From Lama guanicoe (Eukaryota): a DNA stretch of 64,000 nucleotides. The DNA is taken from assembly GCA_013239625.1 (NCBI GenBank), contig MU057356.1, positions 26,802,793 through 26,866,792 on the forward strand. Direction: 5' to 3'. Position numbers and translations under genes: made by a program. This document shows positions 38,418-50,404 of the stretch, piece by piece (the stretch's first letter is position 1; the number at the start of each line of letters is the position of its first letter). The notes under the pieces were generated by a model. It was not told the origin of the DNA. It did no database searches and saw only the letters and a list, made by a program, of their open reading frames with translations.

Positions 38418-39023
38418 TGTGTTAGTCATCTGTGCTGTGTAACAAATTACCCCCAAACTTAGCAGCTTAAAACCATAAGCATTTATTATCTTATAGATAT
38501 TATACGTTAGGAATCCATGCCTGGCTTAGCTGGCTATCTGTGACTTAGGGTCTATCACAAGGCTGCAATCAAGGTGTCAGCAGGGCTACAAGCATCTCGA
38601 AGCTTGACTGAGGGAGGATCCGTGTCTAAGCTCACTCATGTGGCTGTTGGAACTCACTTCCGAACTCGCTCGTGTGGCTGTGGCAGGCCACAGACCCTCA
38701 AGGTTGTTGACCAAGACATCAAGTGGTTGCCGCATGGGCCTCTCCACAGGGCTGCTCACAAGAGGGCAGCTCACTTCCCCCAGAGCCAGGGCTCTGAGAG
38801 AGAGAACAAGGGAGAGGTGGAGAGGGTGAGAGAGCAAGAGAGGGCAAACCAGACAAATGCCAGAGTCTTCAGGGAACCTAGCCTTACAGTGAACATCCCA
38901 GAACTTTGGCTACATCCGAGTTGTTAGGATGAGTCACCAAGTTCAGCCTGCTCAGTGGAGGGGATTACACAGGGTGTGAATACCAGGGGGCAGGGTCACT
39001 GGGAATCATTTTGGGGGCTACCA
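38418..39023 (-). mobile_element. MLT1F-like MaLR solo LTR
   Basis: tgtgtaacaaattacccccaaacttagcagcttaaaac...ggggattacacagggtgtgaataccaggg. Exact 5-bp TSD ctggc (38413-38417, 39024-39028). Confidence 0.88.
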
Positions 39024-41659
39024 CTGGCCTTTCAGAATGTTGGTTTTGAGCTGCCTTTGGGGCCTTAAGATGCTGATGTCAATTGGGTAGTAGAAAATAC
39101 AGATTTAAAGTTGAAAAGGAAAGTTGGATCAAACTGTAATAGTGGGTGAAAGTTGGGTCAAAATTATAATCATGTATGAAGCGATTTTTTAGATAGCTCT
39201 ATGGCAGCTGTTTGAATACAGGGCACATCATGTTCTCATTTACTTAGTAAATATCCATGCACTCTCTGAATGTAAGACACTCTGCCAGGCCTTCGGGTAA
39301 TACTTTGGTGTGTTGCTCTTCCATTTCTTGATGAGGCTCAACTTCTTGTGGCCTTCTAATACTTAAAGTCTTTATAATGGTGTGAAAATGTATGGTTACA
39401 AGACCTCATACCCTCCTGCAGTATTGCCTAAACAGGGCCAGGGAGTGAAGACCTTGGCAAATGAAGCAGCTCACATAACCAGCCCACATGATGGGTCAGG
39501 CTAAGGAAAGGCAATATTCAGAAACAACTGAACTACACTGTGTGCAAGCTGATCTAAACAAGCTCCCTGAACGCAAAACTGAGTAGGACAGGGAGCCTAA
39601 ACCCATTGCTGCCTTCATTTCAGTGAACTCAAGAATCAATGCTTTTGTAAGAAGCATCATCTGACTGTGGCAGAGTTCATGGTCTGCAAATCCAAGTACA
39701 TTACTGATAGGGGCATTTTCTGCTTGTCTCTACTCAAGGTAGATTACATACTTTTGCAAAAATGAAGTGATAATTTAAGGCCATTTTCTAGGTAATTCAA
39801 GCAGGTTAAGTCTAATGATCACAGACACCGTTACAATAAAAACAGCCTATACAACAGAGATGTAATGACCACATGATGAGTCACTTCTTGTAAACAGTAT
39901 TCAATATTCAGAGTAATTAGGACAGTGTCTTCAAGTTTGTTGAAACTGGGTTTTACTTACATCCAGATAATTAAGATGAGTCAGTGGTTTTCCTGAAATC
40001 TCCCGATAATTGCTTCACTTACCCTCCTGGGGTACATGTGAATACCTGAATCCCTGGGCAACTTAAGGAAGAGTCCCTGGTGTCTCAGAGAAGCTGTAAG
40101 TACCTCACACTTTAGTACAGAATTCCATTTATTACTCAAGAAGCAAAGAAAGTACAGCAACCCTCAGATAATTAAATGCCCAGTCTGTCTACACTCAATG
40201 TGATATATTAACACATGGGAAACTACAGTGGATTACAACTTTCTGGAGAGATGAATGACTAAAGCTATACACAGCCAAGCTTTGGGGAAAAAATATTGCT
40301 AGAGCCAGAGAGGCAATATCACTGTTCTACCCAAATATGACTCAAGTTCTTCCATGCTGCTAATTTAATGTGTATCCTGCTAAGTTCTTCTTTGTTTCCC
40401 AACTCAAGACTGCTGAGTTGTGCGGCATGTAATGTAATGGAGCCGAGGCTCCAGTGGGGCAGTGGGAACCGTATCTATGGAGGACTCCTCTCGCCACACC
40501 TGTTCTCTGGCTTCAAGGAGACATCCAGATGTCTGGCCTTGCTTCTTTGTCTCCTAGTCTGTTCTCTTCTTTCTTCGTGTACCTCTTCCTCCAGCTTGAC
40601 TTGCAACATGCCAGTGGTTGAGGTTATTGTTACCACCAATGCAAAGGATCACTTGTGTTGACTCACAGAAACCCATCAAGTAGTTGAAGCCGGTGTCCCG
40701 TCTATATCTATGTGTTTACAACACTAGTGTATTTGAACTATTTGAACTGAGAACCCAATCTGACTTGAAAAATGAGTATCGTCATCACACCTTATATTTT
40801 TAAAGCAGTTTTTACTTTTTCAAGCCTCCAAATATTTATATGTTAAAACAGCTTTTCACTTTTACACAGAACAAGTATAATTGAGTTTAGCTTTTAAGTG
40901 AAGAGATGGGCACAGAAAGTTGAGTCACATGGAAATTCACACACATATGGTGACAGGACTGGGCTGATGTATTCTTCGTATCCCACTGAAATGCTCCATC
41001 ACATGTTTTCTTCCTTGTTCCTGACCCAGTCCTCAATGTGACACTGTCAGTACTTCTGCTTTGCTCTCTGGAATTGCCGTATTCCAGAAAAACAGGACTG
41101 TAATCTTTTCTCAGAGTGTTCTTTTTAACTTGTTGCCTTCATTGAAACTTGTATCTTTCCCCCTAGTTTTGCATCTCCTGAAGCTCTTTTGCACTGTGGC
41201 TCTTAACCTTTTCCCATCCAGTAAACCTCAAGACTGGCAAGAGCGTTCAGAGTCAGTCCTCTTTGCTTCTTGCCTCTACTCCTTGACTGTAAGCCCCTGA
41301 CCTTCTTTCTCTACAAGCCAGTTCTGTTGTGAACAATAACCATTCAGCGAGGTCACCCTGTCCCCTTTCCAGCTGCTTTCATCTTCTGATTTATGCACTC
41401 CTCCGCTTTACCTGTCTTCAATTCATTTTTATCCAGCTCAGACTCCTTGACACATCTTTTCAAAAATACATTCTTTCAACTACCCTCAACTCTCTAAAAC
41501 CTCTATGTTCTCCTTCATGATGTCTTTCCTAACCATCTGAGCCCATACACACTGTTTGTTCCTGAACTTCCACATCAGGAAGTCACCATCACTACCAGTG
41601 CAACTCTCACTACGACCACTGCCAGGACCACCACCACTCTCATAAAACTACTGCTTGTT

Positions 41660-42056
41660 CTACCGCCACCGCTTACTGGGTGGCTACCCTGCGCCAGCCC
41701 TGGGCTAAGTGCCTTATGTGCATTGTCTTTTTAATCTTCACAACAACCCTGAGAGGTAGGTAATTTTATTATCCCTGTATTGCAGATGGGTTCTGGGATT
41801 TAGCAAGACTCACTGTCCGCGGCACTTAGTATGTACCTATGTGAATTTTTAATTCAGTGGCTCACACTCAGTAGCTCAATAAGGTGTCATCAATGAAGGT
41901 GACTTCAATGTAATTCAACACATTTCTAGGAGGATCAACCATACACCAGGTTTATACCAAACACTGGGGATGGAGTGATAAACACAACAAATAATTGCCC
42001 CTTCAAAATTTGTGGTAACATGGTGAAGACAGATAATTACACATGCAATTGCAATC
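41660..42056 (-). mobile_element. MIR and L2 fragments
   Basis: taatcttcacaacaaccctgagaggtaggtaattttattatccc (MIR), with an L2 tail after ~41900. Confidence 0.65.
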
Positions 42057-43250
42057 AGGCAGGCTGATATTTTGGGGGCCAGACAAAAGTACAAATAGAG
42101 GCCCATATACCATATGTCTAAATATTTAAAGCTAATAAACTGTTAAACAAAACATGTTCTATTTTCCTTCCTTGAAAAACATATTTCATAGAGACAAAAT
42201 TGAAAAAGATGAGTAAAATTATAGCCTTTATATGATGTGAAGTTGGCAAAATATCAAAAACTACTGAATTAATCGTTATTGCAGATTCCTGAGTACTGTT
42301 GATGAGCTGGAGATAGTTGAATAAATAATAAAGACATACATAATTCAAAAAAGATCATATATTTATTCCATAAAACTTATTTTTTTGCCTTCATTTCAAC
42401 AAAATCACTGATTAAGATGTTATAGTCAAGATTTTTTCATATATGTACTCTATTGAAAGTAATGCTTAAAGAATTAAAGTATTAAGATTCAATTGTATTA
42501 AAATACATACAATTAGAATTTATTTTTATTTATTTATTTTTTGAATTTATTTTTATAAAAATATAAATGAAACTAAAGCTTAAAAATGAAAGAAGTTAAA
42601 ATTGTCGTATTTTCAAAACAATTTTTCCTTTAGCAAAAAGTAGAATGGTGGTTGCCAGGGGCTGGGGAGAGGGTAAAAGGGAGTGTTATTGTTCAGTGGG
42701 CACAGAGATTCAGTTTTTCAAGATGAAAAATTTCTAGAGATCAGTTGTACAACAAAACAGATGGAGATAGCAATATTGTACTGTACCCTTAAAAATGGTT
42801 AAGATGGTAAATTTTATGTTATGTATTTTTTACAATAAAAAGCATTTTTCTTTTCAAATAGTCAAAATCTATTAACATTTTTAAATTTTAAATATATTTT
42901 ATTTAAAGGCTAGATTTTAACTTAACTTTTGAAATATAAGATCTTACCATATATTTTTGTTAAAAAATTTTGGAGTTAAAAAACTAATGCTAAATCAACT
43001 ACATGTCAATAAAATTTTTTTTAATATTAAAAAAAACCCCTAATGTAGTCCATTATTAAGTGTCCATCTAGCTGTAATATATCATATTTCACTCAGGTTA
43101 TGTGAAGACCTATGTCTATATACAAATTTCAGAATGACACACATTAGCAGCCATGTGTAAATGTTATAAATGCCATGTTAGTGAGTGAGTACTCTTGGAA
43201 TCCCCAGTTGGAAAAAGAAGAGAAGCAAGTAAATGGACACTTGGCACTGC
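42057..43250 (-). mobile_element. Zaphod/MER115-like hAT-Tip100 transposon fossil
   Basis: agtacaaatagaggcccatataccatatgtctaaatatttaaa matches the recalled MER115/Zaphod end. The minus-strand ORF 42118-42348 ends ...FNSLLALNI, like a decayed hAT dimerisation domain. Confidence 0.6.
42632..42840 (+). mobile_element. L1MB-type 3' end inserted in the hAT fossil
   Basis: agtagaatggtggttgccaggggctgggg...aaaatggttaagatggtaaattttatgttatgtattttttacaataaaa. Approximate TSD aaaacaatttttcc / aaaagcatttttct. Confidence 0.85.
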
Positions 43251-43299
43251 TGGGAAATGTACTTTGTTATGTAAGAATCCATTGCATTCAGGCTTTGTG

Positions 43300-43874
43300 T
43301 TTTTTGTTTTTTTTTAGTTGATTTACAATGTTGTGTTAGTTTCTGTTGTACAGCATAGTGTTTTGGTTATGCATATACATATATTCTTTTTCATTATAGG
43401 TTATTGCAAGCTATTGAATATAGTTCCCTGTGATGTACAGTAGGACTCTGTTGTTTATCTATTTTGTATATAGTAGTTGGTATCTGCTAATCCTAAACTC
43501 CTAATTTACCCCTCTGCCACTTGCCCCTTTGGTAACCATAAGTTTGTTTTCTATGTCTGTGAGTCTGATTCTGTTTTATAAATAAGTTCTTTTGTGTCAT
43601 TTTTTAAGATTACACATATAAGTGATATCATATGATATTTGTCTTTCTCTTTCTGACTTACTTCACTTAGTATGATAGTCTCTAGGTCCATCCACANNNN
43701 NNNNNNNNNNNNNNNNNNNNNNNNNNNNNNNNNNNNNNNNNNNNNNNNNNNNNNNNNNNNNNNNNNNNNNNNNNNNNNNNNNNNNNNNNNNNNNNNNNNN
43801 NNNNNNNNNNNNNNNNNNNNNNNNNNNNNNNNGTGCATGTATCTTTGAATTAGAGTTTTCTCTGGATATATGCC
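43300..43874 (-). mobile_element. 5'-truncated lineage-specific L1 (contains a gap)
   Basis: WMDLETIILSEVSQKEKDKYHMISLIC on the minus strand. Similar to 9641-10164. TSD tcaggctttgtg (43288-43299) / tcaaactttgtg (43875-43886). Confidence 0.9.
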
Positions 43875-45504
43875 TCAAACTTTGTGAAAGGAAGAATTTG
43901 ACAAATTAATTAATTTGTCATTTCTCTAACCTAAGCACTTCTGCTGATGAAATCCTCCCTGTACTCTGAGGCAGGGTCCATACCCTGCAGCTCCCACCTT
44001 AGCTGCAGACTTGCCTGGCATGTGGATGTGGTCGCCAAGTGTATTGAGGGTCTAAGACAAGAGAAGTGAACACAAGTTTCTCTGGGGCTTAAAGGTGGTG
44101 TTCAGGAGAATGGATGTTTGAGATTACAGACACCCAGGTACTAGCACTGAGGTTAGGATGGCACAAGACTGGAGGGCCTCCAGAATTGTTATGTGAGTAA
44201 AAGGACTTTTCCCACCTCTGGAGCTCCTTCCTGCAGCCCTGCGGGTTCCTCCACCACTGTGGACCTTCTCTTGTTGGGGGGCCCGCAGTCTCCCCTTTCT
44301 CATTATTTTCCCCTCAGTCTTCCCCTCAGCAGAACTTCGTGTACTTCACCTGTGACTTGTTCTCTACCAAATGCTGTGAAAACCCACTTTCCCTGAGAGT
44401 AGACGACTGGGGCAAATTCCTTCCCAGAGTACACGCTTGAGTTTGATTGGTGTCTTCTGGATCCCATGCCTTTTTCCCCGAAGGTCATCTTCCATATTCA
44501 GAATCTGAGTCACTGAATCCTACAATTGGGGGACAGATTTTGGGAAAGATAGGTGGGACTTAACATCTCCAAAACATCTGTGGTTTATTAAATGTCACAA
44601 TTGTGATTTCTTTCCTAATTCAAATATTTTTAATTATGTTAACTAATTCCATCCCTATTAACCACTTTATTATTGTTGGTGTTACTTTAGTCCAGTTTTC
44701 AAAAGTCAGATTGATACTGCTTTTAACACCTCACAGGGAAGCTCCCCATGTTTGGGGTTCTTTCCAGTTTAACAGTTGATCCTTTAGGGATGTAAAGGAA
44801 ATCATGAAAATGGCTGAGTCTTTGATTGGCCCCCACATCCTGATGCATGAATTTGATCAATTATACTTGGACACGTGTAGATCATCGTATCTACATGTTC
44901 TTTAATGTGAGACTTTATAAGAAACCCTACCTTCTATGCTGGTGACCTTCCCTGACAACAGTAGCAGCATTGGTGACAGTGGAAAATGCCATTTAAGGAT
45001 GGAAAAAAAAAAACCTAAAAATTTTTATGAAAAGTAATAAAAGTTAATTTCCATAGACACTTTTCAAAATTAAATAGTTGAGACACCTTACATTTTTCTC
45101 ATAATTCTAAAAAATAATTAGATCACAATATAGATTAATTTCTTGTCACATTTAATTTTTTAGACAAAAGCTGTTGTTCAAAAAAATTTCATCTCCAAAT
45201 GAAACCATTAAGACAATGCTATACCCTGCACCGTTTTCCCCATTGTATTTTGCTCTAGGACGATAAGGATTAGGCCTCCTAGAATTGGAACTACAGATCA
45301 AGATGTGACTTTTAATCTGGCTGCTCATTTTCTTTAAAAAAATTTTTAAACCATCAAATTATTGTTTAAGAAAGAAATCTTCACATTGACTCCATACAAT
45401 ACTTCAGGTAATAGTTTGACTGCTCAAAAATCTTATTTTCAAGAGCCCAAAATAGAAAAACTTACACACATAATATCCTGGCAGCCGTAATGGGCTGTTA
45501 GCCC

Positions 45505-45700
45505 ACAGTACCCTAGTTGTCATTTAGAAAGATCTGGGTTCTGATCCCAGCTCCACTGTTCCCTCCCTGGTGACACTGAGTAAGTGCCTTCATCACTCTG
45601 AGCCTTGGTTCCTCCATCTATAAACATGAGATACTAACACCTACTCACCAGCTAATGTGAGGATGAAATGAGGCAATAAATGAAGAGCACTTAGCAGAGG
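45505..45700 (+). mobile_element. MIR SINE
   Basis: ctgggttctgatcccagctccac...ctctgagccttggttcctccatctataaa...tgtgaggatgaaatgag. Confidence 0.8.
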
Positions 45701-45914
45701 TCAGGGTTCAGTTTATTTAAGAAAACTACTCTGAGGAAGCCGGCTCGACTTTCAGGACAGGACAAAATATTGTCTACTTGGCATCAGATTAAGACTTGCA
45801 GGTAATGAAATATCCTTGAAACAGACAAGGAGTCAGACTTGCAGGAGACCATGTAAATCCCAGTCTCAGGGAGGTTAGGGGACACTTCAGACTCAAGCAT
45901 GTGATGACAGTCTT

Positions 45915-45992
45915 TTTGTTTTTAACTTTTTTTATTGCTTTATAATCATTTTACAATGTTGTGTCTAATTCCAGTGTAGAGCACAGTTTTTC
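45915..45992 (-). mobile_element. 78-bp L1 3'-terminal insertion
   Basis: tttttattgctttataatcattttacaatgttgtgtc L1 3' end. 14-bp TSD gtgatgacagtctt (45901-45914) / gtggtgacagtctt (45993-46006). Confidence 0.88.
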
Positions 45993-46489
45993 GTGGTGAC
46001 AGTCTTAGTGTCGTCTCCTGTATTTCCCAGGAACTAGGTGACCCTTGAACTGACAGCCGTCTGGCCTCTCGCCTGTTGTGGAGAAGCGCTCAAGAACAGG
46101 GCCTAGGTCAGGAGTGACAGCAAGGGAGGCTGCATGGGGAGCTGGAGGGACCTGCTGCTGAGGGGACACCCGAGGAAGCAGGCAGCAGCTTGAATTTAGC
46201 AGCTTGAATTTAGCTGGGGAGGGCAGCCGGGTGGGTGGGCAGCGTCTGCTGAGGATGAACAGCCTCATTCACTGACTAAAATGCTCTCTAAACAGCTGAG
46301 ATGGAAGTGAGCTAGTGACAAAGCCGGAAATCTGGGTCCCTTGAGCCTAATAGGAAGAAAGGACTTCCATCCTACCCCCTGCCTCCCACTGCTTATCGAC
46401 TGCTTTTTCTGCCTCCCTGCCTCTAGGCCACGCTGCCTTCCTTTTCTGCCACCAGGCCCTCTCTGTGGCCTCTCCCAGGCCACGCAAGC

Positions 46490-46690
46490 TGGTAGAGCAT
46501 GGGCTCTAGAGTCAGACTTCCAGAGTTCAAATCCTAGTTCGGCCACTCATTAGGGTTTGGCAGATGACCTCATCCTTTGAGTCTCCGTGTCCTCATCTGT
46601 AAGATGGGATGGATGAATACTGTTTATCTCACAAGTGGTTATGGAAGATGAAATATAAACTTCTCAGTAAATACTTGCCCTTGTAAAACT
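46490..46690 (+). mobile_element. MIR SINE
   Basis: agagcatgggctctagagtcagac...gttcaaatcctagttc...cctcatctgtaagatggga. Confidence 0.85.
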
Positions 46691-48664
46691 TCAAGAAATA
46701 GTTACTTCTTGAACATCTAGTGTGTGCCAGGCAGGAGACCCAGCAGGGAGGAAAGCCTTCCTGCCGACTGTCCTCTGGGAGGAAGGACCAGACAGCACTC
46801 ATAATCAAACAGTGACAACGGCGATGTGAAGGGCAGATACCTGGTGCTACTAAAAGGTACATGGAAGGGCTGGGAGTGCTCCCCACAGCACGTGACAACC
46901 TGGCATGTGTTAACCCCCGAAGGAGCCCAGGTCCAGCACCAGCTGGGCCAGAACTTCTGTTCACTCCACCAAGGGTCCCTCAGTGGAGGCGCGCCGATGC
47001 ACTTCCAGTGAATGTGTGAGTTTTGGGGAAAACCATCTTGATGAGGCCATGATTCAAGGATGGCTCCTTGATGGGAGATTTAAACTCTGAGAGATGTGAA
47101 CATTCAGGTTAGCCTATAGGAGGTGAACCAGAAGGTGGAGGGATTCTTCAGGTGACAATCAGGATCTGTAATCTCAACGTTAACTTGTGATTACCATAAC
47201 TTTGTCCAAAGACTTCATTTTCACACATTTGGGATCCTCTTCCGATAGTGACGGTCTCCACCCCAGCCCATGTGAGCCAGTCCCCATCAGGTACTCTGTG
47301 CAGTGGTGGATTCACTCCCCATTTTCCTAAACCTGCTGGAAATGCACAGCCTCCTGCCCGAACTCCTGCTCTCTCTACAGCCTTGACTGTACTATGTCCT
47401 CTCTGGATACTTTGCCAACTCTCTTTACCAAAAGCAAAATTGGCTGCTCCATCTTCTGCGTCATCCACTGGCCCTCTACCTGTCTGGCTACCACCAACCC
47501 AGGGGCTGATCAAAGCTAGGAGATATGTCTGCATGCCCTGTGCCCGGCACATAGTGGCACTCAATTAATTCCTGTAAAATGACTAGACCTCTTTGGCCAT
47601 CCCTGCAGCTCTGACATCCTATAAAATAAAGCCTGAGTTTTCATTAAAAAATAATAGTATTTAGGAAGAAAATAACACTTGTATTATATTACCTCCTTAT
47701 TACATATTGGCTTCCAAATCTCTAATTCTTTCATGTATTTTCCTTATCCTAAATCCTACCCTCATTTAAACTCTGAATACATTCTTGGTACTTTGTAGAA
47801 GTAAATAATAATGCATTTTATCTTGTATTTATTTGTCCAAAAACTGTTCTTGAATATGGACATATAGAGAGAGGCATAGCAGAGTGCAGAGATATTTATA
47901 ACATTTGACTCACTTCAGAATGATTCCTGGGATTTTTGCTGGGTCAGCCATCTGGCTCCTATACTGTGGGCTGTCTGGCGTCTCACTGCGGTGTCTCCCA
48001 ACCTTCCATCCCCTCGTTTCGTTGGGTGACAGCTTGCTTCAGTGGTCAAATCCATCCCCCACCTCCTTGAGCCCTTCTCCTGCACAAGCCAACCTCTGAA
48101 TTGTTGTAATGGACGTAGCTGAGGTGGTGGCCACGTATCAGAGGTGGAGGGTGGAGAAGAAGGGAAAGGGGGAGCTCCCAGCTGCATGACTGTCAGGGGC
48201 TTCTGGTGGGGGAATCTGATGGAGTCAGGAGGTGAGAGGAGGACCAGCTGCTTACAGCTATTTATAAGACTGTCATATGGGGGAGTGTGTCTGGCCGGCN
48301 NNNNNNNNNNNNNNNNNNNNNNNNNNNNNNNNNNNNNNNNNNNNNNNNNNNNNNNNNNNNNNNNNNNNNNNNNNNNNNNNNNNNNNNNNNNNNNNNNNNN
48401 NNNNNNNNNNNNNNNNNNNNNNNNNNNNNNNNNNNNNNNNNNNNNNNNNNNNNNNNNNNNNNNNNNNNNNNTTGAGTTTTCAGCAAGAGCAATAAACTTT
48501 TTCTACCTTCTTTTTCTCCCTTGCTCAATCTTTGGGGCCTCCCATCAAAGCGACTGGTGTTACCCACAACCCCTGGGCCCAGGAGTGCCGGCCCCCCACC
48601 TGATGATCATGCAGCATTAGACAGGAAAGAACAAAAGTGGAGTTCAACTCTTCTTTCAGCTGGG

Positions 48665-48932
48665 CAGGAGCAATCAAAGGCAAGATTTTTACAAAACCAG
48701 CTAAGCAGCAGGAAACAGAGTGTCGGTTGGTCTCTTGGAGTGGAGGGAGGTTAATAGTGTGGTGCATTTGGGGTCTGTTTGGGGACCAATGTTATTTAAT
48801 GTGTTTATTATTGATTTGCAGGAGCAAGTGGATAGTAAGTTAGTGAAAGCTGTGGAGGGCACTAAGTTATTTCACTTAGTAAACACCGCAGAGAGTTGTG
48901 GAGAATTCAGGAAGGCTTTTCCATGGAGTTAA
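48665..48932 (+). mobile_element. CR1/L3-clade LINE reverse-transcriptase fossil
   Basis: WREVNSVVHLGSVWGPMLFNVFIIDLQEQVDSKLVKAVEGTKLF aligns with the CR1 RT stretch W.EVTSGVPQGSVLGP.LFNIFINDL..G....L.KFADDTKL. Upstream QNQLSSRKQSV resembles KNWLSGRKQRV in another frame. Confidence 0.85.
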
Positions 48933-50114
48933 AGAAATTAGAAATGAAAACGTCTTGTTAGATGATGTACTCCATCCCAGTGGGCCAGCAGAGAATTGTT
49001 GCTGACAATAGAAAATATTTCTTACAGTTTAATTCAACCTCAAGTTTTAAATGCCTTGAGTGCACTCCCCTTCCCCTGGGAACATGGAAGTTCAGTCTCT
49101 TCCCTAATGCCTATCTCAAATTTTTCTTTTTAAATTCCGTCTATTTCACCTCACAGCTAGCCCATGCGAATGTGTACTCTTGTTGGATCTCAGTATTTCA
49201 CTTTCTATACAGCACAATAAAAGCAGACCATTAACATTTCTCCTAGCAATTTCTGCTCCAAAGTATTTCTTTTATCTTTTCTTAAACGATTTTGTCATTA
49301 TTCATTTTTCCTAGTCCCCAAATCCTGGTGGCTACCCCAGCTCCTAATTTCCCTTTCAGATCCCCAAAGTAGTCTGGTTCCAGTCCTGGCAAGTTGTTCT
49401 GATGGCCCCATCTCCAACTCCAGAGGGAAGAAAATTACGGAAATTTTATCCAAACCTGTATTTATGCAAATACCTATTTGTATATCTGTCCAATGCAACG
49501 GCCTGTGGTCAAAGTTCAGGTCCTAGAAACCATGTTTGCCAAGTCAGTATATTGAAATTTACATTTCCAACTTGCCATCTAGGTTCTCAAGTTTCAAGTA
49601 TTTGTCCAGCTCTATTTGTGTTTTAGCTTAATCTCCCCCGGTGAACTGGTTTGCAGGTTTCAATTCCCAGAGCAGGGAGTTCTAGGTCCCAGTGAAGTTG
49701 CATGGAGCATTTCTTGTTGTTTAAAATATTCCTGAATGAGCTGAGAGAAGGAGCAGCTTTGATGAGAGATGGCTCTTTAAATAAATGTAAAATTCTTTAA
49801 AAAACTGACACCTAATCAAACTGCTTGACTACGTCAGGAACATGGATAAACATGATCTGAGGATGAGGATGAGGATGAGGATGATGTGAATGTGTGTCCA
49901 ACCAAGAGAATGGGGGAGATTCCAACTTGTTATGCAGTTGTCAATTTTTTTCTTCCCATTTGTAGTGTCTTCCTATTTGCCCCCCTCCTGCTGTTGTGTA
50001 TAACCATTTATTGACCTGCCTACTGCAGCGTAGACAAGGAAGAGATGGCACTGGAGAAGCTGCATGGAGAAAAGTCTTCTTCCAGCTTTGTTGGTATTTT
50101 GAGGAACTTTATAC

Positions 50115-50404
50115 TGTAGGGGGTGGTGACATGCCACTCCCATCCCACTTTAGGACTGAGGGCCTCATTTGTCCAGCCAGCAGGAATGTGGGTGGAGCTG
50201 GTGGCTGATAGCTGGCAGCTGACTCACTCCAGGAATTAGCCTAGCGCTGGAGAGAGCAGCCTTGCCCTAGGTCACATCTCTGCCTTGGAGGAGATAACGA
50301 CTGAGCCATTTCACTCTCCAAAATGGCTTATCCCAAGAGCACTCCCCAATAAACTCCCTACGTGCTCCGTTTCAGTCTACTTCCGGGTAACCTGACCTAA
50401 GCTA
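50115..50404 (+). mobile_element. LTR16-like (ERVL) solo LTR
   Basis: tgtagg start, ccttgccctaggtcac, cccaagagcactccccaataaactcc, tctacttccgggtaacctgacctaag end. Confidence 0.7.
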
